Origin: a virus
Lineage: Duplodnaviria; Caudoviricetes
Direction: 5' to 3' (one strand)
Length of the DNA: 30,657 nt
Virus record (IMG/VR): IMGVR_UViG_3300044711_000051
Span: 1-30,657 of that record
A model generated the notes under the pieces. That model saw only the letters and a list, made by a program, of their open reading frames with translations. It was not told the DNA's origin and did not search any database. A program made the translations under genes and the position numbers. Below are positions 9,205 to 17,713 of this stretch, piece after piece; position 1 is the stretch's first letter, and the number at the start of each line of letters is the position of its first letter.

Positions 9205-9804
9205 ATGGGCCTGACGTTTTCCAACACCGCCGCCACGACGGCCGCGGTCGCCAACCGCATCGTGACCATCGCCAACATGAAGGTGGGCACCTACACGATC
9301 GCCAACGCCTCCCCTGTGTGGGGTGGCGGCGCGCTCATCACCATCACCCACGCCACGGTCGCGGCGGGCACCGACACCCTCGGCACGGTGACCATCGACG
9401 GGACCAGCATCACGGGCGCCGTCCAGAGCGAGGTCATCACGCCGGTCGCAGATGCCGTCGCCACGGGAACGAAGATCTTCCGCTCGGTCACGGCCGTCAC
9501 GGGCGCGGGCTGGGTCATCGCCGGCGGCAACGACACCATCACGGTGGGCGTGGCCGCGGGCAACTACGTGGCCGCGACCGGCGGCGTCCTCGGCGGGGTC
9601 CTGGTCAACAACGCGGTCGCCGCGGCGGTCGTCATCTCGGCAGCCAACGGGACCATCATCACCGTGCCTGCCTCGCAGGCGGCGGGCACCTACTACCAGC
9701 TCGGCGGCGTCGAGTATTCGGGCTGGCTCAAGGTCGCCACGACGAACACCAACGACGTGACCGTCTTCCATTCGGGGACGATCCCGGCCTTCGCGACCGC
9801 CTGA
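9205..9804 (+). CDS. Virion structural protein (Thr/Ala/Val-rich beta protein)
   Basis: Position in the head-neck block; composition. Confidence 0.65.
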   Translation: MGLTFSNTAATTAAVANRIVTIANMKVGTYTIANASPVWGGGALITITHATVAAGTDTLGTVTIDGTSITGAVQSEVITPVADAVATGTKIFRSVTAVTGAGWVIAGGNDTITVGVAAGNYVAATGGVLGGVLVNNAVAAAVVISAANGTIITVPASQAAGTYYQLGGVEYSGWLKVATTNTNDVTVFHSGTIPAFATA

Positions 9805-9805
9805 C

Positions 9806-10666
9806 ATGGCCCACACCTACGCGACCCTCGGGGAGTTCAACGACTACATCACGTCGGCGGGCTCCACGAAGTTCGCGACGGAGTCGGCCGCCATCTCGGC
9901 GTTGAAGCTGTCCCTCCTCGAGACCGCCAGCCGGCGCATCGAGGCGGCGTGCCACCGCTCGTCCTTTGGCTCCGGCTTCGGCCCGCGCATCGGGGTCAAC
10001 TACTACGACGGCGACGGGGCCAACGAGCTCATGCTCCGCGACGACCTGCAATCGCTGTCGGCGTTCACCGTCGCCCCGGCCACGGGTAGCGCGGGGGTGA
10101 GCCCGGTCGTCACCACGGACTACTTCCTCGCGGGCTACCCGGAGGGCTACACCAGCCCGTACCGCAAGGTCATCCTCCACCAGAAGGGCAACCCCCAGGT
10201 CTTCGCGTCTGGCTACCGGACCATCGTCGCAACGGGGACGTGGGGCTATCCGACGACCCTCGTCGGGACCGGCACCACCGTCGCGTCGGGCTTGTCGGTG
10301 GGCACCACGGCCACGACGTTCACGACCTCGGCCACGCCGCTCATCTCGCCGGGGATGACGCTGCGCATCGAGTCCGAGGACCTGTACCTGTCGGGCCTGT
10401 CGGGGACCACGGCCACCGTCGTCCGGGGAGCGAACGGCACGACCGCCGCGACGCACGCCGACTCGACAGCCATCACCCGCCACCAGTACGACGCCCGCGT
10501 CCACGACGTCTGTCTCCGGATCGCGATGCGCCGATGGAAGGCCCGCGACGCGGGTGCTGACGGCTCCGACGGAGGGCTGGACATCCCCGGCGTGAACATC
10601 CGCGAGGGCGAGGACACCATCATCCGCAGGGGCCTTACCGACCTCATCCTGCTCGGCACCTACTGA
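9806..10666 (+). CDS. Head-tail adaptor with an inserted beta domain
   Basis: YATLGEF start, LETASRRIE, YDGDG, TGTWGY, VHDVCLRIAMRRWK. Confidence 0.75.
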   Translation: MAHTYATLGEFNDYITSAGSTKFATESAAISALKLSLLETASRRIEAACHRSSFGSGFGPRIGVNYYDGDGANELMLRDDLQSLSAFTVAPATGSAGVSPVVTTDYFLAGYPEGYTSPYRKVILHQKGNPQVFASGYRTIVATGTWGYPTTLVGTGTTVASGLSVGTTATTFTTSATPLISPGMTLRIESEDLYLSGLSGTTATVVRGANGTTAATHADSTAITRHQYDARVHDVCLRIAMRRWKARDAGADGSDGGLDIPGVNIREGEDTIIRRGLTDLILLGTY

Positions 10667-10667
10667 C

Positions 10668-11132
10668 GTGGCGAACCCGGACATCCCGGCGGCGCTGGTG
10701 GTGCTGCAAGCCCACCTCGTGGCGGCGGGTGCCGCTCTGACCGACGACATCCTCGACGTGGACCGGGGCCTTCTCGCCACGCGAGGACGGCAGATCCGCT
10801 ACTACTGGGGCGGCGAGGTCGCGCCGGTCCGGATGGGGCCGGAACATCGCGTCCTCAACGGCGAGATGGTCGGGCAGCGGTTCATCATCGCGGCGGCGTG
10901 GCCGCTGACGGACCTGACCGAGGCCAACGTCACCGCCATCGACGTCGAGATGCAGCAGCTCGCGGGAGAGGTGCGGACGCGCATCCAGGGCGACTCGACC
11001 CTCGGCGGGAACGTCACCGACCTCGACCTGAACTACGCCGAGCCGGACCTGATCGTCATCGCCGGGGCGCGCCACGTCGTGCTCCGCTGGGACCTCGACC
11101 TCGCATACATCGAGTACACCCTTGCCCAGTGA
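10668..11132 (+). CDS. Putative tail terminator/completion protein
   Basis: Position; RIQGDSTLGGNV motif. Confidence 0.55.
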   Translation: MANPDIPAALVVLQAHLVAAGAALTDDILDVDRGLLATRGRQIRYYWGGEVAPVRMGPEHRVLNGEMVGQRFIIAAAWPLTDLTEANVTAIDVEMQQLAGEVRTRIQGDSTLGGNVTDLDLNYAEPDLIVIAGARHVVLRWDLDLAYIEYTLAQ

Positions 11133-11538
11133 CCCGCAGCTCCAGGTGCGCATCGAGGCGCATGGCCCGTTCTTCACCAAGAACCCCGGCAAGACCCTCC
11201 GCGGGAACCTCATGGACATGCTCGACGAGATGGCCGAGTTCATGGAGTCCGAGGTGGACGCGGACCTCGCGCAGCACCAGGGGCAGATGCCCTTCTGGAC
11301 CGGCTGGACCCGCGACAAGAACGTGGGCTACACGACCTCCAAGAAGACCGGGCGACGGTGGACCACCTACGCCGCGGTCGGCACCGTCACCGCGGGCATG
11401 GGCCGCGACGACGCGATCCGGACCAAGGCGGCGGCAGCCTCCATCGAGCGCCGCTGGCACCCGTGGCGAAACCTCAAGAGCGGGCTCTACCGTGCCCGTC
11501 CCCTGCTCACCGCCGACCTCGCGAAAGGACTGGAATAG
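11122..11538 (+). CDS. Putative neck protein (HK97 gp10-like)
   Basis: Basic protein, PFWTG motif, position. Confidence 0.5.
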   Translation: MPSDPQLQVRIEAHGPFFTKNPGKTLRGNLMDMLDEMAEFMESEVDADLAQHQGQMPFWTGWTRDKNVGYTTSKKTGRRWTTYAAVGTVTAGMGRDDAIRTKAAAASIERRWHPWRNLKSGLYRARPLLTADLAKGLE

Positions 11539-11928
11539 ATGGCGAAAGTCAGCGGCCTCACCTCATCGCTGCTGGTCGGCGCCGTCGACCTGTCCGGTGA
11601 CACCGGGAGCCTCGACATCGACACCAGCGTCGCCACCATCGACGTCACCCCGATCTCGGCGTCGGCGATGGAGCGCATCATCGGGCGGGCCGACGGCGCC
11701 ATCGCGTGGACGGGCTTCTGGAACGTCTCGGCGGGGCAGGCGCACCTCACGCTCTCGGCCCTGCCGACGACCGACGTGACCGTCACCTGCATCGTCCCCG
11801 GCGCCTCGGCCGCGCTCGTTGCCAAGCAGGTGACGTATCACCCGACGTTCAACCCGGACGGCTCCATCACGATCGCGGTCAACGCCCTCGGCAACGGCAA
11901 TGCCCTGGAGTGGGGAGTGGTCCTGTGA
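11539..11928 (+). CDS. Tail tube-like structural protein (N-terminal part)
   Basis: MAKVSGL...DLSGD...IDVT...ERIIGRADG; paralogous to 12255..12632. Confidence 0.65.
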   Translation: MAKVSGLTSSLLVGAVDLSGDTGSLDIDTSVATIDVTPISASAMERIIGRADGAIAWTGFWNVSAGQAHLTLSALPTTDVTVTCIVPGASAALVAKQVTYHPTFNPDGSITIAVNALGNGNALEWGVVL

Positions 11929-12239
11929 GCACCACCTCGTTCGCCACAGGGACCGTCTCGGGCACGTCCGTCGACGACGGCGCGGCCACCACGGCCGGCG
12001 CGTCGGCCTACATCAACTGCACGGTCATGCCTTCGGGCACTGCCACGTTCGCCGTGCAGGACTCGGCCAACAACACCGACTTCCTCGATGTCACCGGGTT
12101 GGTGTTCACCGCCCTGACCGCGCCCGGTCACGAGCGGAAGGCGACCGCCTCGGGCGCGACCATCCGCCGCTATGTCCGTGTCCAGTGCACGGGCGTCCAT
12201 GGCACCGCGACGGCGTACGTCACGTTCAAGCGGAACTAG
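11925..12239 (+). CDS. Small beta-sandwich virion protein
   Basis: GTGA overlap, GGGGAG RBS; FAVQDSANNTDF...IRRYVRV. Confidence 0.7.
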   Translation: MSTTSFATGTVSGTSVDDGAATTAGASAYINCTVMPSGTATFAVQDSANNTDFLDVTGLVFTALTAPGHERKATASGATIRRYVRVQCTGVHGTATAYVTFKRN

Positions 12240-12254
12240 AGAAGGAGCCACCAG

Positions 12255-12632
12255 ATGGCGAAGATTAGCGGGATCACGACCGCCATCACGGTGGGCGGCA
12301 GCAACATCAGCAACGACGTCACGAGCATCGACCTCGACACCCCCTACGGCGTCGAGGACATCACCGCGGTGGACAACGTGGCGATGGCCCGGCTGCTGCT
12401 GCGGGCGGACGCCACCGGCACGCTGACCGGCATCTTCAACGCCGCCCTGAGCCATGCGGCGCTCAAGGCGCCGGGGATCAAGACCGTCGTCATCGCCTAC
12501 GCCGCAGCGGCGGCGACGGCCACGTTCAGCGCCGCGTTTACGAACTACCACGTCGTGATGGCGCCTGACGGCTCGCTCGTCTGGGACTGCAACTACCAGC
12601 TCAGCTCGGGCACCGCCGTCGCCTGGACCTAG
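12255..12632 (+). CDS. Major tail tube protein
   Basis: AAGGAG RBS; MAKISG...ISNDVTSIDL...EDITAVD...RLLLRADAT. Confidence 0.7.
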   Translation: MAKISGITTAITVGGSNISNDVTSIDLDTPYGVEDITAVDNVAMARLLLRADATGTLTGIFNAALSHAALKAPGIKTVVIAYAAAAATATFSAAFTNYHVVMAPDGSLVWDCNYQLSSGTAVAWT

Positions 12633-12982
12633 TGTTCGTCCTCGGAGGTAGGGTCCCGCTGGCCCTCCACGCCCCGTGGGCGGGCGTCCACTGCGAGATG
12701 GACAGCATCGACTCCGAGCCGGTGCGCCAGCACATCGCCGACCGGGTGGCGGCGTACCTCGACGCGACGGAGCCGGGGGCGCAGCTCGTCGCCCGGACGG
12801 AGCTCGCCGAGACCATCGTCAGCCACGGGCGTCCGTCGTGGGACCTTCACTCGATGAAGGGTCCCATCCCGGCCACGGCGGACGGCTGCTACTTCATCCC
12901 CACCGCCCTGCTGCTGGCGATCGCGGAGGCGTGGCTCGATACCCTCGACGAGAAGCCTACCCGTCGGCGGCGCGCCCCGTAA
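12632..12982 (+). CDS. Putative tail assembly chaperone
   Basis: Position between tail tube and tape measure genes. Confidence 0.5.
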   Translation: MFVLGGRVPLALHAPWAGVHCEMDSIDSEPVRQHIADRVAAYLDATEPGAQLVARTELAETIVSHGRPSWDLHSMKGPIPATADGCYFIPTALLLAIAEAWLDTLDEKPTRRRRAP

Positions 12983-13000
12983 CGGAACAGGAGGTGTGCC

Positions 13001-14251
13001 ATTCCGAATCAAGTCCGAGTCGGATTCGGCATCACCGGGGCGTCCAAGGCCGAGTCGGACCTCGACCGCCTGCGGAACAAGATCACCGGCATCCAGAAGG
13101 CCGGCGCCGGCGGCGTCGCCAAGGGTGTCGGCATCGGCATCGGGCTCGGCCTGCTCAACCAGGCCACGCTCGCGGTCGGCGGGCTGACCAACGCCATCGG
13201 CGACGCTACCGCTGCGGCCATCGCGGACGAGGAGAGCCAGCAGCGGCTCAAGACCACGCTGAAGGCCACGATCCCGGCGTGGGACGGCAACACCAGTGCC
13301 ATCGAGAAGGTGCTCGAGGCGCGCATCAAGCTCGGCTTCTCGGATGATGAGCAGCGGGAGTCGCTCGCCACCCTCGTCACGGCCACGGGCGACGTCACCA
13401 CGGCGCTTGACCTCGAGCGCGGCGCGATGGATCTCGCCCGCAAGGCCAACGTCAGCCTGGAGACCGCGAGCGATGCGGTCGCCAAGGCGTTCGGCGGCCA
13501 GGACAAGCAGCTCAAGACGCTGCTGCCCGGCTTGCAGCGCGGCAAGACCAGCGCGGACACCCTCGCCAACGCCTTCGCCGCGGCACGCGGGCAGGCCGAC
13601 GACTACTCGACCACGATGGGCGGCAAGGTGCTCGTCTCCCAGACCAAGCTCAACGAGGCGATGGAGAAGCTCGGCTACGTCATCGCCCCGGCGCTGGCCG
13701 ACGCGCTGACCGGGCTCGTCGAGGTGATGGAGGGCGTCGGATCCGGGCTGGAGAACATCGCCGAGGTGGCGCAGCAGGCCGGCGAGGGCATCGACAAGGG
13801 CCTCATCAAGCCGATCGCGGATGCGACCGAGGCGTTCCAGGACTTCGCCAACGGCAGCTCCGAGAACTTCGACAAGGTGGACGCCGACCTCGACCGAGCC
13901 AGCCGCAAGGTCACGAAGCTCACCAGCAACATCAAGCACCTCAAAGCCATCAGCCCGGTCGAGATCAAGGTCTACACCAAGGTCATCGGCGGGGTGGAGC
14001 AGAACTTCTCGTCGCTGTCGGGCGGGCCGCGGGCGTCGGGCGGTCCCGTCCGCCCCGACCGCTCCTACTACGTCGGCGAGGAAGGTCCGGAGAAGTTCAC
14101 CCCCGACGTGCCGGGCACCATCTCGCCGACCGGCTCCGGAGGGGATACGTACAACCTGACCTTCACCGGGTCCATCGGCCAGAGCGCCGACAACATCATC
14201 GCCCAGGTCAACCGGATGCGCTACTACTCGCGCAGCCGGAAGGCGGCCTAG
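13001..14251 (+). CDS. Tape measure protein (416 aa), probable ATT start
   Basis: Open frame from ATT 13001 after AGGAGGTG; Ala/Gly-rich helical protein; C-terminal RASGGPV...YYVGEEGPEKFTP. Confidence 0.88.
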   Translation: MPNQVRVGFGITGASKAESDLDRLRNKITGIQKAGAGGVAKGVGIGIGLGLLNQATLAVGGLTNAIGDATAAAIADEESQQRLKTTLKATIPAWDGNTSAIEKVLEARIKLGFSDDEQRESLATLVTATGDVTTALDLERGAMDLARKANVSLETASDAVAKAFGGQDKQLKTLLPGLQRGKTSADTLANAFAAARGQADDYSTTMGGKVLVSQTKLNEAMEKLGYVIAPALADALTGLVEVMEGVGSGLENIAEVAQQAGEGIDKGLIKPIADATEAFQDFANGSSENFDKVDADLDRASRKVTKLTSNIKHLKAISPVEIKVYTKVIGGVEQNFSSLSGGPRASGGPVRPDRSYYVGEEGPEKFTPDVPGTISPTGSGGDTYNLTFTGSIGQSADNIIAQVNRMRYYSRSRKAA

Positions 14252-14683
14252 GTGACCGCGCTGTCGTTCGACGGGCTGGACATCCGCGAGGCGGCAGCCG
14301 CTTCGGGATCGGGCATCTTCTTCGACCTCGTGTCGGGCTACAACGAACCGGCCTCGGTCAGGGGCGTGGACAGCGTCATCCCCGGAGCCGACGGGCGGGT
14401 GTTCCGCTCCCGCGTCCGCGATGCCCGGCGCATCATCTTGAAGGGCTATGTCACCGGCACGTCGGCCTCGGACTTCCAGGCCAACATGGCGGCGCTCTTC
14501 GGGGTGATGAACCCCGTCAACGACCCCGCCGACCTCATCATCAGCGACTCGTACCTTGGGACCGGGGGGAGTCCCACCATCGCCTGCCGCTTCCTGAATG
14601 CGGTGGGTGACGATCCCGAGAACGGGCCGAAGTTCCAGCGCTGGACCATCGAGCTCGAAAGCGTGGTGCCCGAGTGGTCCTAG
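14252..14683 (+). CDS. Distal tail (Dit-like) protein
   Basis: Follows tape measure; VIPGADG, RRIILKG. Confidence 0.7.
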   Translation: MTALSFDGLDIREAAAASGSGIFFDLVSGYNEPASVRGVDSVIPGADGRVFRSRVRDARRIILKGYVTGTSASDFQANMAALFGVMNPVNDPADLIISDSYLGTGGSPTIACRFLNAVGDDPENGPKFQRWTIELESVVPEWS

Positions 14684-16227
14684 TCGCCGGCGAGCGGGCG
14701 ATGTACTTCGACGTCTGGGCGGCAGACGACCTCAAGGGCACGGCGCTCGGGACGCTGACCGACGCCGTCCAGAAGGTCATCCGCATCGGGGACAACCAGC
14801 CGGGATCCGGGTCGTTCCGCATCAACCGCAACTCCGACCAATGGGTGATGTGCGCGACGGACAACCTCGTCCGGGTGCGGGTATCTGCCGGCGATGCGTC
14901 GGACTACGCATGGGACGACACGGCGTACAAGTTCGCGTTCCTCATCGAGGAGGGCACCGACAACGTCGTCTCCATCGACGAGGAGGGCGGCGAGGTCGTC
15001 GAGCTGCACGGGCGCTCGGCCGAAGCCCTGCTCGAGCGGGCCATCCTCGACTGGGAGGCCCACTACCCCGCCGACACGCTGTCGCATCCCTACGACCGCA
15101 CGACCCTCATCGACGGCCAGTGGCACTTCGACGAGGCCATCGACGGCGCCTACGCCAACATCGGCTCGATGGGCGGGGCGATGCGCATCCTCATGCTGGA
15201 GGCGCAGGCCCAGACCCCGACCGCGATCCCCGACGTCGACCACGACTTCGACCTCTACATCGACTCCGCTGCCGTGGCGTGGGACGACGGCACCGCCCGC
15301 TACGACTTCGACGTGGGAATCGACCTGCTATCAGCCTTGATGGCGGTGGTCGACGGGGGGGCGTGGTATCGCTTCAGCCCGGCCTTGATGCTGTCGCTCT
15401 ACCAGGACACACAGGGCACGGACATCTCGGGATCGGTCACCTTCGAGAAGGGCCTGAACATCCGCGAGTCGGGGCAGCGGGACATCCACGCCAGCCCGTC
15501 CAAGAGCCGCGTGCTGGTCAAGGGCTCGACCAAGAAGGGCACCCTCAAGTACCGCTGGGTCAACGAGGACGGCGGCACCGGGCACCACGAGGACCTCCCC
15601 GCCGGGGCGGTCGAGGATGCCATCGGCGTCCGGCAGGGCTTCTACGAATACCCCTACTCACCCACCAACTCGCGCCTGGACCGGGCGGGGCGGAAGTTCA
15701 TCAACGACCGCAAGTTCTGGCACGACGGCCCGCCGGCCATCGGGGTCCTCGACACCGACGACCAGCGCATCTTCGACGACTACAACGTGGGCGATACGGT
15801 CGGGCTGAACATCCCCGACACCGAGGCGACGGCGGTCATACACGCCGCCATCCTCGCGGACAACGATGCGGGGAACTTCGATGTCAGTCTGGAGTTCATC
15901 TCCAGCTCGTTCCACGACTCGGGGCCGAGCTCGACGTTCACTCCCTCGTCCTCCCCCTACGGCGGCAGCTCGTATGGCACGCCGGGCAACCTCGCCGGCG
16001 ACACGGTGGTCCCGGTGGACGTGGGCGAGATCCTGCTCATCTGGTGGACGCCGATGGCGAACGACCTGCTCGTGGACGGGAGCGCGGCCAACGGCAATGC
16101 CAACTCGGGCTTCAGCTACATGGTCGGCCCCGGCAACTTCACGATCTCCAGCCCGGACACGGGCACCCACTGGCACTACATCGTCGTCACGGGCACGGCC
16201 TATGTCGACGGAACGCCCGACACCTAG
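14674..16227 (+). CDS. Baseplate hub / minor tail protein (alternative start ATG 14701)
   Basis: Follows Dit; GSGSFRI, DYNVGDTV motifs; acidic. Confidence 0.7.
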   Translation: MVLVAGERAMYFDVWAADDLKGTALGTLTDAVQKVIRIGDNQPGSGSFRINRNSDQWVMCATDNLVRVRVSAGDASDYAWDDTAYKFAFLIEEGTDNVVSIDEEGGEVVELHGRSAEALLERAILDWEAHYPADTLSHPYDRTTLIDGQWHFDEAIDGAYANIGSMGGAMRILMLEAQAQTPTAIPDVDHDFDLYIDSAAVAWDDGTARYDFDVGIDLLSALMAVVDGGAWYRFSPALMLSLYQDTQGTDISGSVTFEKGLNIRESGQRDIHASPSKSRVLVKGSTKKGTLKYRWVNEDGGTGHHEDLPAGAVEDAIGVRQGFYEYPYSPTNSRLDRAGRKFINDRKFWHDGPPAIGVLDTDDQRIFDDYNVGDTVGLNIPDTEATAVIHAAILADNDAGNFDVSLEFISSSFHDSGPSSTFTPSSSPYGGSSYGTPGNLAGDTVVPVDVGEILLIWWTPMANDLLVDGSAANGNANSGFSYMVGPGNFTISSPDTGTHWHYIVVTGTAYVDGTPDT

Positions 16228-16229
16228 AG

Positions 16230-16263
16230 ACAGCAGAGCCGCCCCTCGTTTCCGAGAGACGGC
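16230..16263 (-). terminator. Terminator-like hairpin ending the ncRNA
   Basis: Minus strand GCCGTCTCTCG-GAAA-CGAGGGGCGGC (11 bp with two G-U pairs that form only on this strand), then TCTGCTGTCTCT; U tract is weak. Confidence 0.6.
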
Positions 16264-16346
16264 CCTTGCCTGTTCTACCTGTCCCCGAGTGGGGACTGAA
16301 CTACTTCACCGCCGCGAGGCGATGGGTCGGATTCGAACCGACATCC
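16230..16346 (-). ncRNA. Circularly permuted tRNA-like small RNA (YrlA-like), no anticodon arm
   Basis: T arm GTCGG-TTCGAAT-CCGAC, loop-closed stem CATCGCC-TCGC-GGCGGTG, TA-GTTC...GGTA-GAAC D arm; flanked by promoter and hairpin. Confidence 0.7.
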
Positions 16347-16352
16347 ACTGTA

Positions 16353-16382
16353 ATCCTACGCCTCTGAGGTAGACGATGGCAA
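16353..16382 (-). promoter_or_regulatory. Sigma70-type promoter for the ncRNA
   Basis: TTGCCA (16382-16377), 18 nt spacer, TAGGAT (16358-16353); predicted +1 near G16346. Confidence 0.55.
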
Positions 16383-16774
16383 CGACGGTTGCACGACCGA
16401 ACTCCGCTCCGACCGTCGCCTCCGCGGTCGCCTTGCATGTCGGGGAGACCTCTACCGGCGACGGCGAGACCGCCGACCGTCGTGCCCTGACGGGTCCCGC
16501 CGACCTCGTGGCGACGTTCACCGACACCGGGTCCAACACGGTCACCTTCGACATCCAGGGCTCCGCCGACAACACGAACTGGTGGAACGTCCCGTATGCG
16601 TTGATCGCGACGCCCTCGACTTGGGTCATCGCGGCCGTGACCTACAACACCAACGGCGGCGGGACCGTCCACTACCTCTTGCAGGGCGGGCAGCCGTGGC
16701 GCTACCTGCGCATGCACATCACCGCCAACACGGCGACCACCGTGGACGCCTCGGCCTACTTCTTCGCCCCGTAG
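16376..16774 (+). CDS. Small beta-sandwich virion protein
   Basis: GAGGT RBS; FDIQGSADNTNW...WRYLRM, resembling 11925..12239. Confidence 0.7.
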   Translation: MATTVARPNSAPTVASAVALHVGETSTGDGETADRRALTGPADLVATFTDTGSNTVTFDIQGSADNTNWWNVPYALIATPSTWVIAAVTYNTNGGGTVHYLLQGGQPWRYLRMHITANTATTVDASAYFFAP

Positions 16775-16796
16775 CCCTCGCTCATCCCCGTCCTTC

Positions 16797-16841
16797 CCCC
16801 CGGCTTGGCCCTCCCCTCAAGGGCCTCGCCGGGGGTCTCTT
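16797..16841 (+). terminator. Terminator ending the structural operon
   Basis: CCCCCGGC/GCCGGGGG with inner GGCCCT/AGGGCC, followed by TCTCTT; lies between convergent genes. Confidence 0.6.
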
Positions 16842-16846
16842 CGTGT

Positions 16847-17110
16847 CTAGCAGTCGAGCTCGTAGACCCGCGCGCCGACCGCGGCCCAGTAGTGCGTCGC
16901 CCACTTCTTCGCTTCGCTGCCGGCCTCGGCGCGCTGGACCTCCCGGCCGACCTGGAGGAAGAGGTCGTGCAGGCCGTCGCAGTCCGTCCGCTCCTTGAGG
17001 GCGGCATAGTCGGTCTCGTCGCTGTACGGGACGGACGCGGGAGTCGAGGCCCGACTGGAGCCGCATCCGACGGCGCAGGCTGCCAGCAGCAGCAGGATCG
17101 CCAGTCTCAT
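16847..17110 (-). CDS. Lipoprotein, candidate superinfection exclusion protein
   Basis: GAGGAGG RBS; MRLAILLLLAACAVGC signal peptide with lipobox; co-oriented with the repressor. Confidence 0.7.
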   Translation of the reverse strand: MRLAILLLLAACAVGCGSSRASTPASVPYSDETDYAALKERTDCDGLHDLFLQVGREVQRAEAGSEAKKWATHYWAAVGARVYELDC

Positions 17111-17193
17111 CGTCCCCTCCTCGAATACCACCAGCCGACGGCGACGAGGCCGACGCCGATGACCAGACCGACGACCAGCCACGCCGGGTCCAT
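17107..17193 (-). CDS. 28-aa single-TM peptide
   Basis: MDPAWLVVGLVIGVGLVAVGWWYSRRGR; ATGA overlap with the lipoprotein gene; not in the ORF track. Confidence 0.6.
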   Translation of the reverse strand: MDPAWLVVGLVIGVGLVAVGWWYSRRGR

Positions 17194-17341
17194 CAGCTCG
17201 TGCGAATCTTGTTGATAAATGCCTGTTGCGGCTGACGGTACGGGGGTACTGTTGGCGCGCGCGCGCGTGCTCGATGGGGGAACCCAGTCATGTCCCAGTC
17301 CGAGCGCCCCCGCGACCCTCGCGACATCATCGAGGCCGAGC

Positions 17342-17713
17342 TCATGCTTGCCGTCTACGACGCAACGACCCTGGCCCGTCGCCGACTCGCAGGGCAGGCC
17401 CAGGTCCCGAGGCGGATGAGTCCGCGAGCGCGAGCCTTGTGGCTTCGGCGATCGCCTCCCGCAGTCGCTCGTCGTCCGTCATCGGCGGATCTGTGAAGAG
17501 GGTGACCGGCACGCCGTAGCGCAGGGCCAGTCGCTTCATCTGGTGGACCTTGATGGGGCGCTGGCCGCGCTCCCACAGGCTCACGGTCGAACCTGACCCG
17601 GCCGACAGCCCGGCGGTCACCGCCGCATCGCTCAGGGTGATACCGGCGTTGTCGCGCGCCCGACGGAGCCAGTAGCCCCGGCGCACGGCCTCGGCATCTT
17701 CCTCGGATGTCAT
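17342..17713 (-). CDS. Immunity repressor (XRE HTH)
   Basis: LRRARDNAGITLSDAA...STVSLWERG; divergent from cro; likely start ATG 17713. Confidence 0.88.
   Translation of the reverse strand: MTSEEDAEAVRRGYWLRRARDNAGITLSDAAVTAGLSAGSGSTVSLWERGQRPIKVHQMKRLALRYGVPVTLFTDPPMTDDERLREAIAEATRLALADSSASGPGPALRVGDGPGSLRRRRQA

Noticed and set aside
12632-13000. Tail assembly chaperone programmed frameshift
   Set aside because: No slippery heptamer seen near the ORF end and no room for a second chaperone ORF before the tape measure gene
16272-16346. Canonical tRNA gene, two-piece tmRNA or second att site
   Set aside because: Arms are in permuted order with no anticodon or CCA; a D stem is present and no tag ORF was seen; there are no CTGCTGT arm repeats, although the TCGCCTC end resembles the attP fragment
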